Shown: positions 18,400-28,474 of the stretch, one piece after another
Numbering within the stretch: the first letter of the stretch is position 1
Layout of the letters: each line of letters starts with the position of its first letter
Assembly: GCA_003566775.1 (NCBI GenBank)
Contig: PXBW01000074.1
Location: 1 to 58,902 of the forward strand
From: a candidate division WS1 bacterium
GTDB taxonomy: Bacteria; Armatimonadota; Zipacnadia; Zipacnadales; UBA5352
Length of the DNA: 58,902 nucleotides
Reading direction: 5' to 3'
Program-made: the position numbers and the translations under genes
Notes under the pieces: generated by a model
What the model was told of the DNA's origin: nothing
Database searches by the model: none
Seen by the model: only the letters and a program-made list of their open reading frames with translations

Positions 18400-19404
18400 A
18401 TGCGGCGATCATCGGTGGTCAGTCGGACGGCGCTGGTGGGAGTACTGCTTGTGGTGGTCGGACTCACAGGATGCGGGCTCCTCACACCCTCGTCGGAGGA
18501 AGCCGCGCGCGTGGCTCCACCGGCGACGCCTGACAGGGAGGCGGCGTTCGACGCGGTAGAGGCACCTTCGGAAGCTCCGCAGAGGATGGCCGATGCGGGC
18601 ACCGATATCTCCGCAACTGGAGACACCGCGGTCGCTGCCTCGATGCTCGCCGCCGCCGAGGCCGCAGAGAGTCGCAGGGTCATCAGGACCGCGGAGCTTG
18701 GGCTTGAGGTGGATAATCTCGAGCAGGCGCAGAAGCGCGTGCTGTCGCTGGTCGAGGAACGAGGCGGTTTCATCGCCTCTCTCAAAGTCAACGACTACGA
18801 GACGTATCACGAGGCGAAGATCACAGCCCGTGTCCCCGCTACCCACTTCCACGAGGTATATGAGCAGGTCAAAGCGCTCGGTGAGGTCAGGCACGATCAC
18901 ATCGACGGGCAGGACGTCACGGAGGAGTTCGTGGACCTCGAGCGACGCATCGCGAACCTTCAGGCTCAGGAGCAAAGAGTTCGCGAGATGTTCGACGAGG
19001 CGCAGAGTGTTGAGGACCTGCTGAAGATCGAGCAGCGACTCACCGAAGTGCGCGGACAGACAGAGTCTCTGCAGGGGAGGCTGCGCTACCTCAAGGACCA
19101 GGTGGGATTCTCAACTCTGACGATCTCCCTTCACGAGTACGGGGATTCTCCGGTGCACGCACCTGCGGGCTGGCGGCTGAGCTATCACGTCCGGGGTGCA
19201 TGGCGTTCACTCAGAGCCGCTGTGCAGAGCGTAGTCACCGCTCTGATCTACCTCGTGATCACCGGTTCGATCGTCTGGGTGCCTCTGCTGACCGTGATCC
19301 TGCTGATACGACGATGGGCGCACCGTCGCAGAGAGATGCGGGCACAGAGCGAGGAGCCGAATCCGACCGAATCGATGACTGAGACGGACGCACAGGCGCA
19401 ATAA
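18400..19404 (+). CDS. DUF4349 lipoprotein
   Basis: LTGC lipobox; IRTAELGLEV, RVP and DVTEEFVD motifs; coiled coil; C-terminal TM. Confidence 0.88.
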   Translation: MRRSSVVSRTALVGVLLVVVGLTGCGLLTPSSEEAARVAPPATPDREAAFDAVEAPSEAPQRMADAGTDISATGDTAVAASMLAAAEAAESRRVIRTAELGLEVDNLEQAQKRVLSLVEERGGFIASLKVNDYETYHEAKITARVPATHFHEVYEQVKALGEVRHDHIDGQDVTEEFVDLERRIANLQAQEQRVREMFDEAQSVEDLLKIEQRLTEVRGQTESLQGRLRYLKDQVGFSTLTISLHEYGDSPVHAPAGWRLSYHVRGAWRSLRAAVQSVVTALIYLVITGSIVWVPLLTVILLIRRWAHRRREMRAQSEEPNPTESMTETDAQAQ

Positions 19405-19437
19405 GGGCAGGTCGCGCCTACCCGCCGTCACCTGCCC
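19405..19437. terminator. Hairpin directly after the DUF4349 stop (possible terminator)
   Basis: GGGCAGGT...ACCTGCCC 8-bp stem, with no clear U tract. Confidence 0.35.
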
Positions 19438-19547
19438 GATACCGGTAATGGAAAGATACCGGTAGTAGGTTCCACCGGGGAGCGTCATCCGGGAGGTTGC
19501 TCCATACCCCCGGTAGCTACGGTCCGCCCTGCGGCCTTCCGACGTCG

Positions 19548-21569
19548 TTAACTCTCTTCAGCCGCTGCATCGAGTAGCCTGCGCGCTCTCTCGACCACAT
19601 TCTCGACGGTGAAGCCCAGTTGTCTCATCACCTCGTCGCCTGGAGCGGATGCGCCGAAGCGTTCGAGGCCGATGACGTTAGCCCTGCTGCCGGTCCAGCG
19701 CTCCCAGCCGAGTGATGACCCCGCCTCGATGGCGAGCCTGGGGGCATCGGGCGGCAACACCTCCGTTATGTAATCCGACGTTTGCTCCTCGAAGATCTCC
19801 ATCGAGGGCATCGATACCACGCGCGTCCCGATGCCCTCCTGCTGCAGCGCTTCGCGCGCCTCCAGCGCAAGCGCGACCTCGGAGCCGGTCGCGATGATGA
19901 CCAGTCGGATCTCACCGTCAGCGTCGGCGAGTACATACCCGCCCTTCATGCAGCCCTCATGAATCGGATAATGCTCTGGATCGAGCACAGGGAGGCTCTG
20001 TCGGGTCAGCGCCAGCGCCACCGGGCCCTGTCGCTCGATCGCCAGCCTCCACGCAATCGCGGTCTCATTGGCGTCCGCCGGGCGGATCAACGTCATGTTG
20101 GGCATACTGCGCAGGCTCATGAGGTGCTCGACCGGCTGGTGGGTGGGTCCGTCCTCTCCGACTCCGATCGAGTCATGGGTGAACACCCAGTGGGTGTCGG
20201 CATTCATCAGCGCAGAGAGGCGCAGCGCGGGTCGCATGTAATCGGAGAAGATCAGGAAAGTCGCGCCGTAGGGAAGCACGCCACCGTGCAGGGCCATGCC
20301 GTTGACGACTGCTCCCATCGCGTGTTCGCGGACACCGAAACGGATATTGCGACCGGCGTGATTGTGCGCGGAGAAATCCCCCTCGCCGTCCATGATAGTC
20401 TTCGTGGAGGGTGCCAGATCTGCGGACCCGCCAATCAGGGTGGGCAGCCTGTCCTTGAGCGCCTGGATTACCTCGCCGGAGGCCACGCGCGTGGCGAGTG
20501 GCCCCTCGTCGGGCTTGAAGACCGGCAGGTCGATTGCCTCCGCATCTGCGCCCGCGTTTTCCATCACGCGCTCCAGCAGTGCCGCCTGCTCCGGGAAGCT
20601 GTCACGATAGCGCGCCACGCTCTGCTCCCAGCGTTCCTGCGCTTCGCGCCCGCGCCGGACCGCCCCCTGCATGTGCGCGCGAACCTCGTCTGGCACGTGG
20701 AACTCCTCGTCCTGAAGCATAGCGAAGTATTCCTTAGCCGCGCGAACGTTCTCTTCACCGAGGGGTGCCCCATGCGTTTCTGCCTCACCCGCCAGTGGGC
20801 TGCCGTAGGCGATCTGGGTGCGCACACAGATCAGCGACGGCCGTTCGGCCTCGGTCCGAGCAGTTTCAATGGCTGAATCGATGGCATCGAGGTCATTGCC
20901 ATCGGCCACGACCTGTGTGTGCCAGCCGTAGCCGTCAAAACGCTTCGGGATGTCCTCGCTGAAGGTGAGATCAGTGGAGCCCTCGATGGAGATCTCATTG
21001 TCATCGTACAGGACTGTGAGCTTTCCCAGCGCGAGATGCCCGGCAAGCGAGGCGGCCTCGTGGGAGATGCCCTCCATCATGTCGCCATCCGAGCAGATTG
21101 CGTAGGTGTGATGATCGACTACCCCGAAATCCTCCTCCGCACCCTCGGGCCGGTTGAACCTCGCTGCGAGGAAGGCCTCCGCGATGGCCATCCCAACTGC
21201 ATTTGCCAGTCCCTGACCGAGTGGGCCGGTGGTGGTCTCAACGCCGGGTGTATCTCCGAATTCGGGATGCCCCGGAGTCCTGCTGCCCCATTGCCGGAAG
21301 CTCTGAAGCTCTTTCATGGGAAGGTCGTATCCGCTGAGGTGCAGAAGGGCGTAGATGAGCATGGAGCCGTGACCGGCCGAGAGCAGGAAGCGGTCGCGGT
21401 CGAACCAGCGGGGCTCCTCGGGGTTATGCTTCATGAATCGCTGGTAGAGAACGTAGCCCATAGGCGCTGCGCCCATGGGCATGCCTGGGTGTCCCGAGGC
21501 CGCCTTCTCAACCGCGTCCATCGCAAGGCCCCGGATCGTGTTGATGCAGAGCCGGTCGATCTCGCTCAT
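19548..21569 (-). CDS. tkt: Transketolase
   Basis: [36 protein letters not shown] and [16 protein letters not shown] motifs. Confidence 0.97.
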   Translation of the reverse strand: MSEIDRLCINTIRGLAMDAVEKAASGHPGMPMGAAPMGYVLYQRFMKHNPEEPRWFDRDRFLLSAGHGSMLIYALLHLSGYDLPMKELQSFRQWGSRTPGHPEFGDTPGVETTTGPLGQGLANAVGMAIAEAFLAARFNRPEGAEEDFGVVDHHTYAICSDGDMMEGISHEAASLAGHLALGKLTVLYDDNEISIEGSTDLTFSEDIPKRFDGYGWHTQVVADGNDLDAIDSAIETARTEAERPSLICVRTQIAYGSPLAGEAETHGAPLGEENVRAAKEYFAMLQDEEFHVPDEVRAHMQGAVRRGREAQERWEQSVARYRDSFPEQAALLERVMENAGADAEAIDLPVFKPDEGPLATRVASGEVIQALKDRLPTLIGGSADLAPSTKTIMDGEGDFSAHNHAGRNIRFGVREHAMGAVVNGMALHGGVLPYGATFLIFSDYMRPALRLSALMNADTHWVFTHDSIGVGEDGPTHQPVEHLMSLRSMPNMTLIRPADANETAIAWRLAIERQGPVALALTRQSLPVLDPEHYPIHEGCMKGGYVLADADGEIRLVIIATGSEVALALEAREALQQEGIGTRVVSMPSMEIFEEQTSDYITEVLPPDAPRLAIEAGSSLGWERWTGSRANVIGLERFGASAPGDEVMRQLGFTVENVVERARRLLDAAAEES

Positions 21570-21759
21570 GGTTGCCCTCCGATTGGTCGAATAATGAACC
21601 TTCGTGAGTAGAATTCGTTACTGCCGGGTAAAGACCTTTTGTGAGACAGGCAGGAAGAAATGCAGAGAAAGCGAATCGTACCATGAACCGGGATGATATC
21701 GGTTCGCACAGGACGCGCGAAGACCCGTTAACGCGGGTCAATCGAGGAGGTGGCGTAAC

Positions 21760-22629
21760 TTGAGTACATGGAGGAAGGTGTTGCGGGGAGTGTGCTGTGC
21801 GGCGCTGATCGGCGCGCTTGCCGCGGGCGCATTCTTTGCCGGCACCCAGATGGATAGGGTGCTTAACCTCGCCCCGTCTGTCGCATATGCGCAGGAGCCG
21901 GCGCAGGCGACGCCCACGGTTGAAGACCGGGAGGCCGTGGTCAACGCCAGGACTGTCGGCGAGGTGCTCATCAACGATGAGATCGTGGTTCGGATGCGAA
22001 CCTCCGCGGGTGGATTCAGCGCACACGAGCGCGCAACGGTCATCGCGGATCGCCTCAGAAGGTGGCTGTCTCAGCCGCACTCACCGCACGATCTGGCAGC
22101 CCGGCGCAGTCCGCACGGTGGCGCGGAGTTGCGGGCAGCCGGAGTGCTGATCGCGCACGTGAACGAGGCGGAAGCACAGGCGATTGGTTCCACGGCGATG
22201 GGGCTGGCAGATGCGTGGCGCGTCAACGTAATGTCCGCTCTCGGTGTTGAGGCTCCGGCCCCGGCTCCGGTCGCCGATCCAGTGGCACCGGTTGCTGACG
22301 ATCCCGAACCAGTGGATGAGGACGATGAGCCGCTGGTAACCGAGGTTGAGCCTGATGAGCTTGAAGAGATCGATCCGGAGCCGGAGCTTCCCGAAGGCTT
22401 CTCGGACAGGATAGTTCCGATCTTCAGCCTTGGCCGCGGTACCCGCATTGGTGCCGCGAGGATCAACGGACCACGAGAGGCCGTCGGGCGCGTGCAGGGC
22501 GTCACTCAGCTTGAGACGCGATTCCGTGACTTTCTCGTGATCGACATCTACGTGCCCGTAACCACTGAGGGGGGTCTTGACCGCGTGCAGCAGGTCGGTC
22601 TGACCGCCATCGGGGATCTCGGCATATAA
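21760..22629 (+). CDS. Exported hypothetical protein whose C-terminal domain is paralogous to the downstream gene
   Basis: TTG start after GGAGG; signal/TM segment; Pro/acidic linker; C-terminal IVPIFSLG..IGAARINGP. Confidence 0.7.
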   Translation: MSTWRKVLRGVCCAALIGALAAGAFFAGTQMDRVLNLAPSVAYAQEPAQATPTVEDREAVVNARTVGEVLINDEIVVRMRTSAGGFSAHERATVIADRLRRWLSQPHSPHDLAARRSPHGGAELRAAGVLIAHVNEAEAQAIGSTAMGLADAWRVNVMSALGVEAPAPAPVADPVAPVADDPEPVDEDDEPLVTEVEPDELEEIDPEPELPEGFSDRIVPIFSLGRGTRIGAARINGPREAVGRVQGVTQLETRFRDFLVIDIYVPVTTEGGLDRVQQVGLTAIGDLGI

Positions 22630-22640
22630 CAGAGGAGGCC

Positions 22641-23096
22641 ATGATGATGCGAATGAACGGCAAGATGCGTAACCTTACGGTGCTGATTCTCGTCTGGGCC
22701 TTCGTCCTGGGCATGGCCGTCGGTCCCCAGCCCACCGAGGCCCAGTTTGGGCTCGGCGGAGCGATCGGCGATCTCGTAAGGATCTTCGGGATCGGCTGGG
22801 TTGTGAATCAGTTCGCGGGCGACATCAACAACGCGATCAACAGCGTGCTGGCACAGAGAGAAGCGGAGATTGCGGACGCGACGAAGGTCGTTCCCATCCT
22901 GAGCGTGGGAAGCGGCACCGCAGTCGGCGCCGCACAGGTGCAGGGTCCGTCCGAGCAACTCGGGCGAGTAGGTGCGGTAACCCAGATCGAGTTGCGGGTC
23001 GGTGACTTCCGTGGACAGGGCCTGATACCCATCACATCGGACGTGACAGCGGTGCCCGGTGTGGGGGTCTCGGCGAACATCAGCTTCCCGATCTGA
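22641..23096 (+). CDS. Exported hypothetical protein
   Basis: GAGGAGG RBS; signal peptide (TEA-Q); TKVVPILSVG..VGAAQVQGP. Confidence 0.75.
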   Translation: MMMRMNGKMRNLTVLILVWAFVLGMAVGPQPTEAQFGLGGAIGDLVRIFGIGWVVNQFAGDINNAINSVLAQREAEIADATKVVPILSVGSGTAVGAAQVQGPSEQLGRVGAVTQIELRVGDFRGQGLIPITSDVTAVPGVGVSANISFPI

Positions 23097-23123
23097 TGCA
23101 GGCACCGCTTCACACGGCGTAAA

Positions 23124-23169
23124 CAGCGGGAGGGCCCTCGCACATGCATGGCCCTCCCGCTGGATTTTT
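23124..23169. terminator. Intrinsic terminator between convergent genes
   Basis: 13-bp stem CAGCGGGAGGGCC/GGCCCTCCCGCTG followed by GATTTTT. Confidence 0.75.
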
Positions 23170-23249
23170 AGACTTAGCGGCCACACTGAGGAGCGGGCAG
23201 GGGATCGCCCGAGCACGTGTGCGTCAGTGAAGCATGTCGCCCGGCCGAA

Positions 23250-24488
23250 TCACTCCTCGTAGAGCGCAACCGCCTCCTGCAGCAGCTCCGGAATCTCAAG
23301 GCCTGCCGGGCAGCGGTCTTTGCAGACACCACAGTCGATGCAAGCCTCGGGATGAACCTCGAGATCATCCCATGCTTCGTCGGCGATGTGTTGCAGATCA
23401 TCGGCGTAGGCGCGCTTCATATCTGCGGCCCGCAGTGCCTCCGGAATGTCGATCTCGACCGGACAGGGGAGGCAGTAGCCGCAGCGCAGGCAGGTCTGGT
23501 CGTAGCGCATGGCCGGGCGCAGTTCTCCGATCAGGTCGAACAGTTCACGTCGCTCTTCATCGGTCAGAGGCTCGAATGCCTTTGCAACTGCGATGTTGTT
23601 CTCGACCTGTTCGGTGGCCTCCATCCCCACCAGCATGGTATCCACGTACGGATCACCGAGGACGAAACGCATACTCCCCGCGATGACCGCGTCAGGACCT
23701 CCAAGGCCTTCAACTCGCGCCTCCTCCGGCGGGCAGAGTGCGCCTCCCTGAAGCGCCTTCATGATTATGACACCCACGTCGTGCTCATCAGCGAGCGGCA
23801 GGATCTCCGCGGCCACGCCCTCCGAATCGACGGGGTTGTAGCATAACATTATCGTCTCGAACAGCCCGGATGTGATCGCCTCGCGCATCACGTTTCTGTC
23901 CCTGTGGACAGTGATGCCGATGTGTCCGATCTTGCCGTCCTCCTGCGCTGTGAGAGCGGCCTCATAGGCCCCTCCGGGTGCGCGTACGGCCTCCCAGGCA
24001 CTCTGATTGCTCACGGTGTGTAACTGGTAGATGTCGATGTAATCTGTCTGCATCTCTCTGAGGCTTGTGTTCAACTCCTCCTCAAGCCCCTCCGCGTCAC
24101 GAGCGGTGCTCTTGGTTGCAAGGTAGTACTCATCGCGGCGGTGTGCGATACCCTTACCGATCTTCTCCTCGCTGTCCCGGTAGTTGCGGGCGGTGTCGAT
24201 GAAGTTTACGCCGTGGTCAAGAGCGAGGTTGAGACAATCGGCGGCCTCCTGTTCGTCAATGTTCGGCAGCTTGATCGCCCCGAAGCTGAACATGGAGACT
24301 TCGAGATCGGTGCTGCCGAGGCGTCGCCGGACTATCTCGGTATCACCTGCATCCGCCACCCGCTGCCCGTCAGTGGGCAGGGGTTCTCGGGAGACGCCCT
24401 CTTCAACGATCCTGCGAAGCGCCCTTCCGCCGGTGACCACACCAGCGGCGCCCACGAGGAGTGCCTTGAGCAGATCGCGTCTGTTCAT
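23250..24488 (-). CDS. Aldo/keto reductase with C-terminal 4Fe-4S dicluster and twin-arginine leader
   Basis: MNRRDLLK; GVNFIDTARNY; LATK; DYIDIYQLH; CLRCGYCLPCP and CIDCGVCKDRCP. Confidence 0.88.
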   Translation of the reverse strand: MNRRDLLKALLVGAAGVVTGGRALRRIVEEGVSREPLPTDGQRVADAGDTEIVRRRLGSTDLEVSMFSFGAIKLPNIDEQEAADCLNLALDHGVNFIDTARNYRDSEEKIGKGIAHRRDEYYLATKSTARDAEGLEEELNTSLREMQTDYIDIYQLHTVSNQSAWEAVRAPGGAYEAALTAQEDGKIGHIGITVHRDRNVMREAITSGLFETIMLCYNPVDSEGVAAEILPLADEHDVGVIIMKALQGGALCPPEEARVEGLGGPDAVIAGSMRFVLGDPYVDTMLVGMEATEQVENNIAVAKAFEPLTDEERRELFDLIGELRPAMRYDQTCLRCGYCLPCPVEIDIPEALRAADMKRAYADDLQHIADEAWDDLEVHPEACIDCGVCKDRCPAGLEIPELLQEAVALYEE

Positions 24489-24745
24489 CAACAGTTCACC
24501 CTTTCCTCTGATAATACGTGGTCCAGCACGTGTAGTGTGCGAATTCTGTCGTGCCACGAACTCCATTAATACATTCGCGGTGTCCCGGTGCGATCCCTTT
24601 GTGATGGATAGTCCGTTAATGTTGGACGTTCCGGACGATGAGAAGGTCGGATGGCGCCATCGTCGAAGAGTGACAGACATAGCACCGCTGTCCGTGGGTA
24701 GCTGCGCCCCGTCCTCAATTGGCAGAGTGATCTGAATATGGAGGA

Positions 24746-24766
24746 GACACCAGTATCACTGGTGTC
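24746..24766. promoter_or_regulatory. Perfect palindrome (candidate operator) between divergent genes
   Basis: GACACCAGT-ATC-ACTGGTGTC. Confidence 0.4.
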
Positions 24767-24840
24767 AGCAGGGACGAGTGCCCGCGGATGTCGCAGGTTA
24801 GCTCGCAACGGCGTCAAAGCGAACGGACCGGGAGGTCGCG

Positions 24841-25956
24841 ATGAACCCGCGCGAACGTATCGAGAAGACGGTGAACCATGAGCTTTCCGACCGCGTGCCC
24901 GTGAAGTTCTCGCCGCGCGACGAGGTGAAGCGCGTTCTGCTGGCACACTTCGACACCGACGACTGGAGCGTAGTCGAGCAGCATCTGGGCATCGAGGGAT
25001 GGGCGGGCGCGGGTGTCGGTATACACTGGCCCGAGTGGGAGGCGCGCGAGGACAGGGAGGCCCGCCCCGGCGACTGGCCCGGTTCGGCGCAGGAATACGT
25101 CTGGCACGATGATCTGACCTTCGAGGATCGCTGGGGCGCAATCCAGCGCGTTGGCGCGGGCGGCAAGTACCTCGAGTACATCTCAGCGCCGCTTGAGGAA
25201 GCCACGCTGGCCGATCTCGAAGCGTACGATTTCCCCGGCCCCGACCGGCTGATCGACAACCCGGACCTCCCGCGGCGGGTGAAGGAACTGAAGCAGAGCG
25301 GCTTCTGGGTGCAGGCGGGTGTCGAGCAGCCCTACAAGACCGCCTGGCGGCTGCGCGGCATGGAGCAGAGCCTGATGGACTACCTCATCGACAGGGAGTT
25401 CAAGCATGCCCTCTACGACCGTATCTACGAGACGTGGGAGGAGATCATGCGGCGAGTCGCCGCGGCAGGGATCGATCAGTTCAGCATCGGCGGCGATATT
25501 GCCATGCAGGACCGGCTCATCATGTCGGTCGATTCGTGGCGGGAGTTCGACAAACCGCGCCTCGCCCGGCTCATCGCAATCGGCAGGGAGATCAAGCCGG
25601 ACCTGCACATCCACATTCACTCCGACGGTAACCTGATGGAGATCATGGATGACCTCATCGAGATAGGCTTTGACATCATCAACCCGATCCAGCCCGAGTG
25701 CATGGACCCGTTTGAGGTCAAGCGCCGCTGGGGGGATGTCATCACCATGGACGGCTGCGGCTCAATCCAGCACGTGCTTCCCTTCGGCACCGTGGACGAT
25801 GTGCGCAGGCACGTTACCGAGTTGATCGAGGGCTGCGCCCACAATGGCGGCCTGATACTCGCGCCGTCAAATGTCGTGCAGCATGACACGCCGATTGAGA
25901 ACATACTGGCGTTCTATGAGACCGCAAAGGATTACGATCTCAGTTGGCTGGCATAG
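24841..25956 (+). CDS. Uroporphyrinogen decarboxylase/MtaA-family protein
   Basis: MNPRERI..DRVP, LRGME, IHSDG, INPIQPE, LPFGT and GGLILAPS motifs. Confidence 0.87.
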   Translation: MNPRERIEKTVNHELSDRVPVKFSPRDEVKRVLLAHFDTDDWSVVEQHLGIEGWAGAGVGIHWPEWEAREDREARPGDWPGSAQEYVWHDDLTFEDRWGAIQRVGAGGKYLEYISAPLEEATLADLEAYDFPGPDRLIDNPDLPRRVKELKQSGFWVQAGVEQPYKTAWRLRGMEQSLMDYLIDREFKHALYDRIYETWEEIMRRVAAAGIDQFSIGGDIAMQDRLIMSVDSWREFDKPRLARLIAIGREIKPDLHIHIHSDGNLMEIMDDLIEIGFDIINPIQPECMDPFEVKRRWGDVITMDGCGSIQHVLPFGTVDDVRRHVTELIEGCAHNGGLILAPSNVVQHDTPIENILAFYETAKDYDLSWLA

Positions 25957-26887
25957 CGCGCAAGGGCGCGAGGGCCCGGCGGTAGAACTCCCAGCCATCA
26001 GCCCCAAGCCCTCGCAGCACGCCCATCGGTTCGTGGCCGACACCGGGGATTACCGTGAACTGATGCGGGATGCCCAGCCGCTGCAGGTGTGCGGTGAACT
26101 CGTGCGCCACATCGATCATCTCGTCCTGCTCGCCGATTACCACGCGCAGCAGAAGATGCTCGGCAATCGCGTCCGCATTCTGCTCGGCGAGCGCCCAGGG
26201 GCTGAGGGCGCGGAAATGATCGTGATCGCCACCGAATACCCTCTGCAGGACCGCGCGTCTGCCCCGTTCGCTCGCACGAGGAGCATGCGTGAACTTCTGC
26301 TGCAGCGGACCACCTGCCAGCGATGAAGCCGCGCCGAAAAGATCGTGCCGCTTGAAGCCGAAGCGCGCCGCGCCGTAGCCTCCCATGCTGAAGCCATCCA
26401 CGATGCGTCCCTCGCGTGAGGCGATGGTGCGGTACGTCGCATCGATATGCGGCAGCAGTTCCTCGATGACAACATTCTCCACCGGCGTGGCGCCATCCTT
26501 CGAATCAACCCAGAGGCTGAGCGGAGGCGCGTTGGGCATGACCACGATCATCGGAGGTATCTCCCCCGCGCGCATCGCCCCGGCGAAGTGCCCGGAGACC
26601 TGGCGGATGGCGGCCGCATTGAGACCCCCGCTCCCATGCAGCCAGTAGAGCGCCGGGAAGCGCGCTTCCTCGTCAGCTTGATATGCATCGGGAAGGTACA
26701 CGTGGTAGCTGACAGGGCCGCCTGCCGCAGGGCCCTCAAAGGTCCCGTACTGCACTCCCGGCGCTGAGACCGGCTCAATGACCCACTGCGGCTCTCCACG
26801 AGACTGCGCAGACACCGGCGCGGCCGCGCAACAGAAGAGGACAATCCCCATCAGCGCGGAAACACTGCCATCGAAGCGAAGCGGCAT
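25940..26887 (-). CDS. Secreted putative esterase (alpha/beta hydrolase)
   Basis: Signal peptide; VYLP; YWLHGSG; GFSMGG nucleophile elbow; C-terminal GH. Confidence 0.85.
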   Translation of the reverse strand: MPLRFDGSVSALMGIVLFCCAAAPVSAQSRGEPQWVIEPVSAPGVQYGTFEGPAAGGPVSYHVYLPDAYQADEEARFPALYWLHGSGGLNAAAIRQVSGHFAGAMRAGEIPPMIVVMPNAPPLSLWVDSKDGATPVENVVIEELLPHIDATYRTIASREGRIVDGFSMGGYGAARFGFKRHDLFGAASSLAGGPLQQKFTHAPRASERGRRAVLQRVFGGDHDHFRALSPWALAEQNADAIAEHLLLRVVIGEQDEMIDVAHEFTAHLQRLGIPHQFTVIPGVGHEPMGVLRGLGADGWEFYRRALAPLRAMPAN

Positions 26888-26997
26888 GGCGCACCCCGGG
26901 TGCTGCAAGCTCTCGCGAACGCGTCAATCGCCGAATCTGCGGTACAGACGGCCCCGCGGGTATGATGGTTCACAGCAGCGCGAAAGGAGAGCATTCA

Positions 26998-28461
26998 TTG
27001 AGCACGCTCCAGGCCGGTGTCGGCAGGCGCGAGATCACAACCGAGCAGGTGGGCGTCACGGTAAACTATCCGCTTTACGCGAAGGCGCTGGTGCTCGATG
27101 ACGGATCCACGCGCGTCGCGATCATCGCCATGGACGCCGTCGCGATTGGCGGCATCTGTGACATCAATGACGAGTTCCTCCCCGGGTTGCGGGCGCGAAT
27201 TGACAGCGAACTGGCCATTCCCGGCGCGAATGCACTGGTCAGCGCCACGCACACGCACCCGGCAGGGCCGCTGCTGGTGGAGCATGACGAGCAGATCGCC
27301 CGCACCTTCGACGCGGTTCGCCGCGCGGCAGAATCGATGGTAGAGGTCTCGGTCGGCGCAGGCGTCGGCCACGAAGACCGCTTCATCATCAACCGTACGC
27401 TGCGCATGAAGGATGGCCGCGGCTGGACGATCCGCCAGGCGAACCCATGTCCTCCGGACGATGAGATAGCCGACCTCGGCCCCATTGACCCCGAGATCGG
27501 CATCCTCCGCCTCGATCGCGCGGACGGAAGCCCGCTGGCAATCGTCTATAACTACGCCTGCCATCCGCTGATCGGCGTACCCGGCGGCCCGATAACGGCT
27601 AACTTCCCCGGCTTCGCCTCTGATGTCATCGAAGACTGCCTCGGTGGTGGGGCGATGGCGATCTTCCTGCAGGGTGCAGGCGGGGATATCACCGAGGTGC
27701 AATACAAGGACTTCGACCACCCGCGCGATTGCAGCTCCCTCGGAAGGATGCTCGGTCTGAGCACCCTCGAAGCGCTTGGCTCCATCGCCAGTGGCCCTGC
27801 CACGCTCGCTGTGGTCTCTGAGACGATCCGCCTGCCGCGCCGGAGCGACGTCCCTGAGCGCGTCGCCGAGCTTGAGCAGGAGCGCGATGATTTGCTTCAG
27901 TCGCTGGTCGGCATGACCCTCAACTTCCGCTCGTTCCTGCCGCTGTACCTCAAGTACGCGCTCAATCCGGAGCACCCGGCGGATTACTCATGGCGCTACA
28001 TGCAGGCTGAGGCGCGGGGCAGTGACGAATTCGAGGCGCTCGATGAACTGAACCGGCATAATATCGACCGCTATCTAAGCAACATACGGGTGATGGAGAA
28101 GCTGGCGCGCATTCAGAGCAACATCGGCACCCTGCGCCGCCACGAGGCGATAAACGCCGAGTCGGGCGAGGACACAATCGCCGCCGAAGTGCAGGGCATC
28201 CGCATCGGTGACACGGTGCTGATCACATCGCCCGCCGAGCTTCTCTGCCAGGTCGGCCTCGACCTGAAGGCCGCCTCGCCCTTCGAGCACACCATCGTGG
28301 CCCCATTCTCGAACGGCTACATGCACTACGGCCCACCTGCGGAGGACTATGCGCTGGGCGGCTACGAGGTTACAGAGTGCCTGCTCGATCCCGGCTGGCA
28401 TGAGCTTTACGATCGGACCGCACGGGATGTTCTGCGCCGACTGAAGGAGCGACCGGGATAA
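26998..28461 (+). CDS. Neutral/alkaline ceramidase-like metallohydrolase
   Basis: SATHTH, NYACHP, FLQGAGGDI and GGYE motifs; TTG start after AAGGAG. Confidence 0.75.
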   Translation: MSTLQAGVGRREITTEQVGVTVNYPLYAKALVLDDGSTRVAIIAMDAVAIGGICDINDEFLPGLRARIDSELAIPGANALVSATHTHPAGPLLVEHDEQIARTFDAVRRAAESMVEVSVGAGVGHEDRFIINRTLRMKDGRGWTIRQANPCPPDDEIADLGPIDPEIGILRLDRADGSPLAIVYNYACHPLIGVPGGPITANFPGFASDVIEDCLGGGAMAIFLQGAGGDITEVQYKDFDHPRDCSSLGRMLGLSTLEALGSIASGPATLAVVSETIRLPRRSDVPERVAELEQERDDLLQSLVGMTLNFRSFLPLYLKYALNPEHPADYSWRYMQAEARGSDEFEALDELNRHNIDRYLSNIRVMEKLARIQSNIGTLRRHEAINAESGEDTIAAEVQGIRIGDTVLITSPAELLCQVGLDLKAASPFEHTIVAPFSNGYMHYGPPAEDYALGGYEVTECLLDPGWHELYDRTARDVLRRLKERPG

Positions 28462-28474
28462 GCGGGACGCGACT

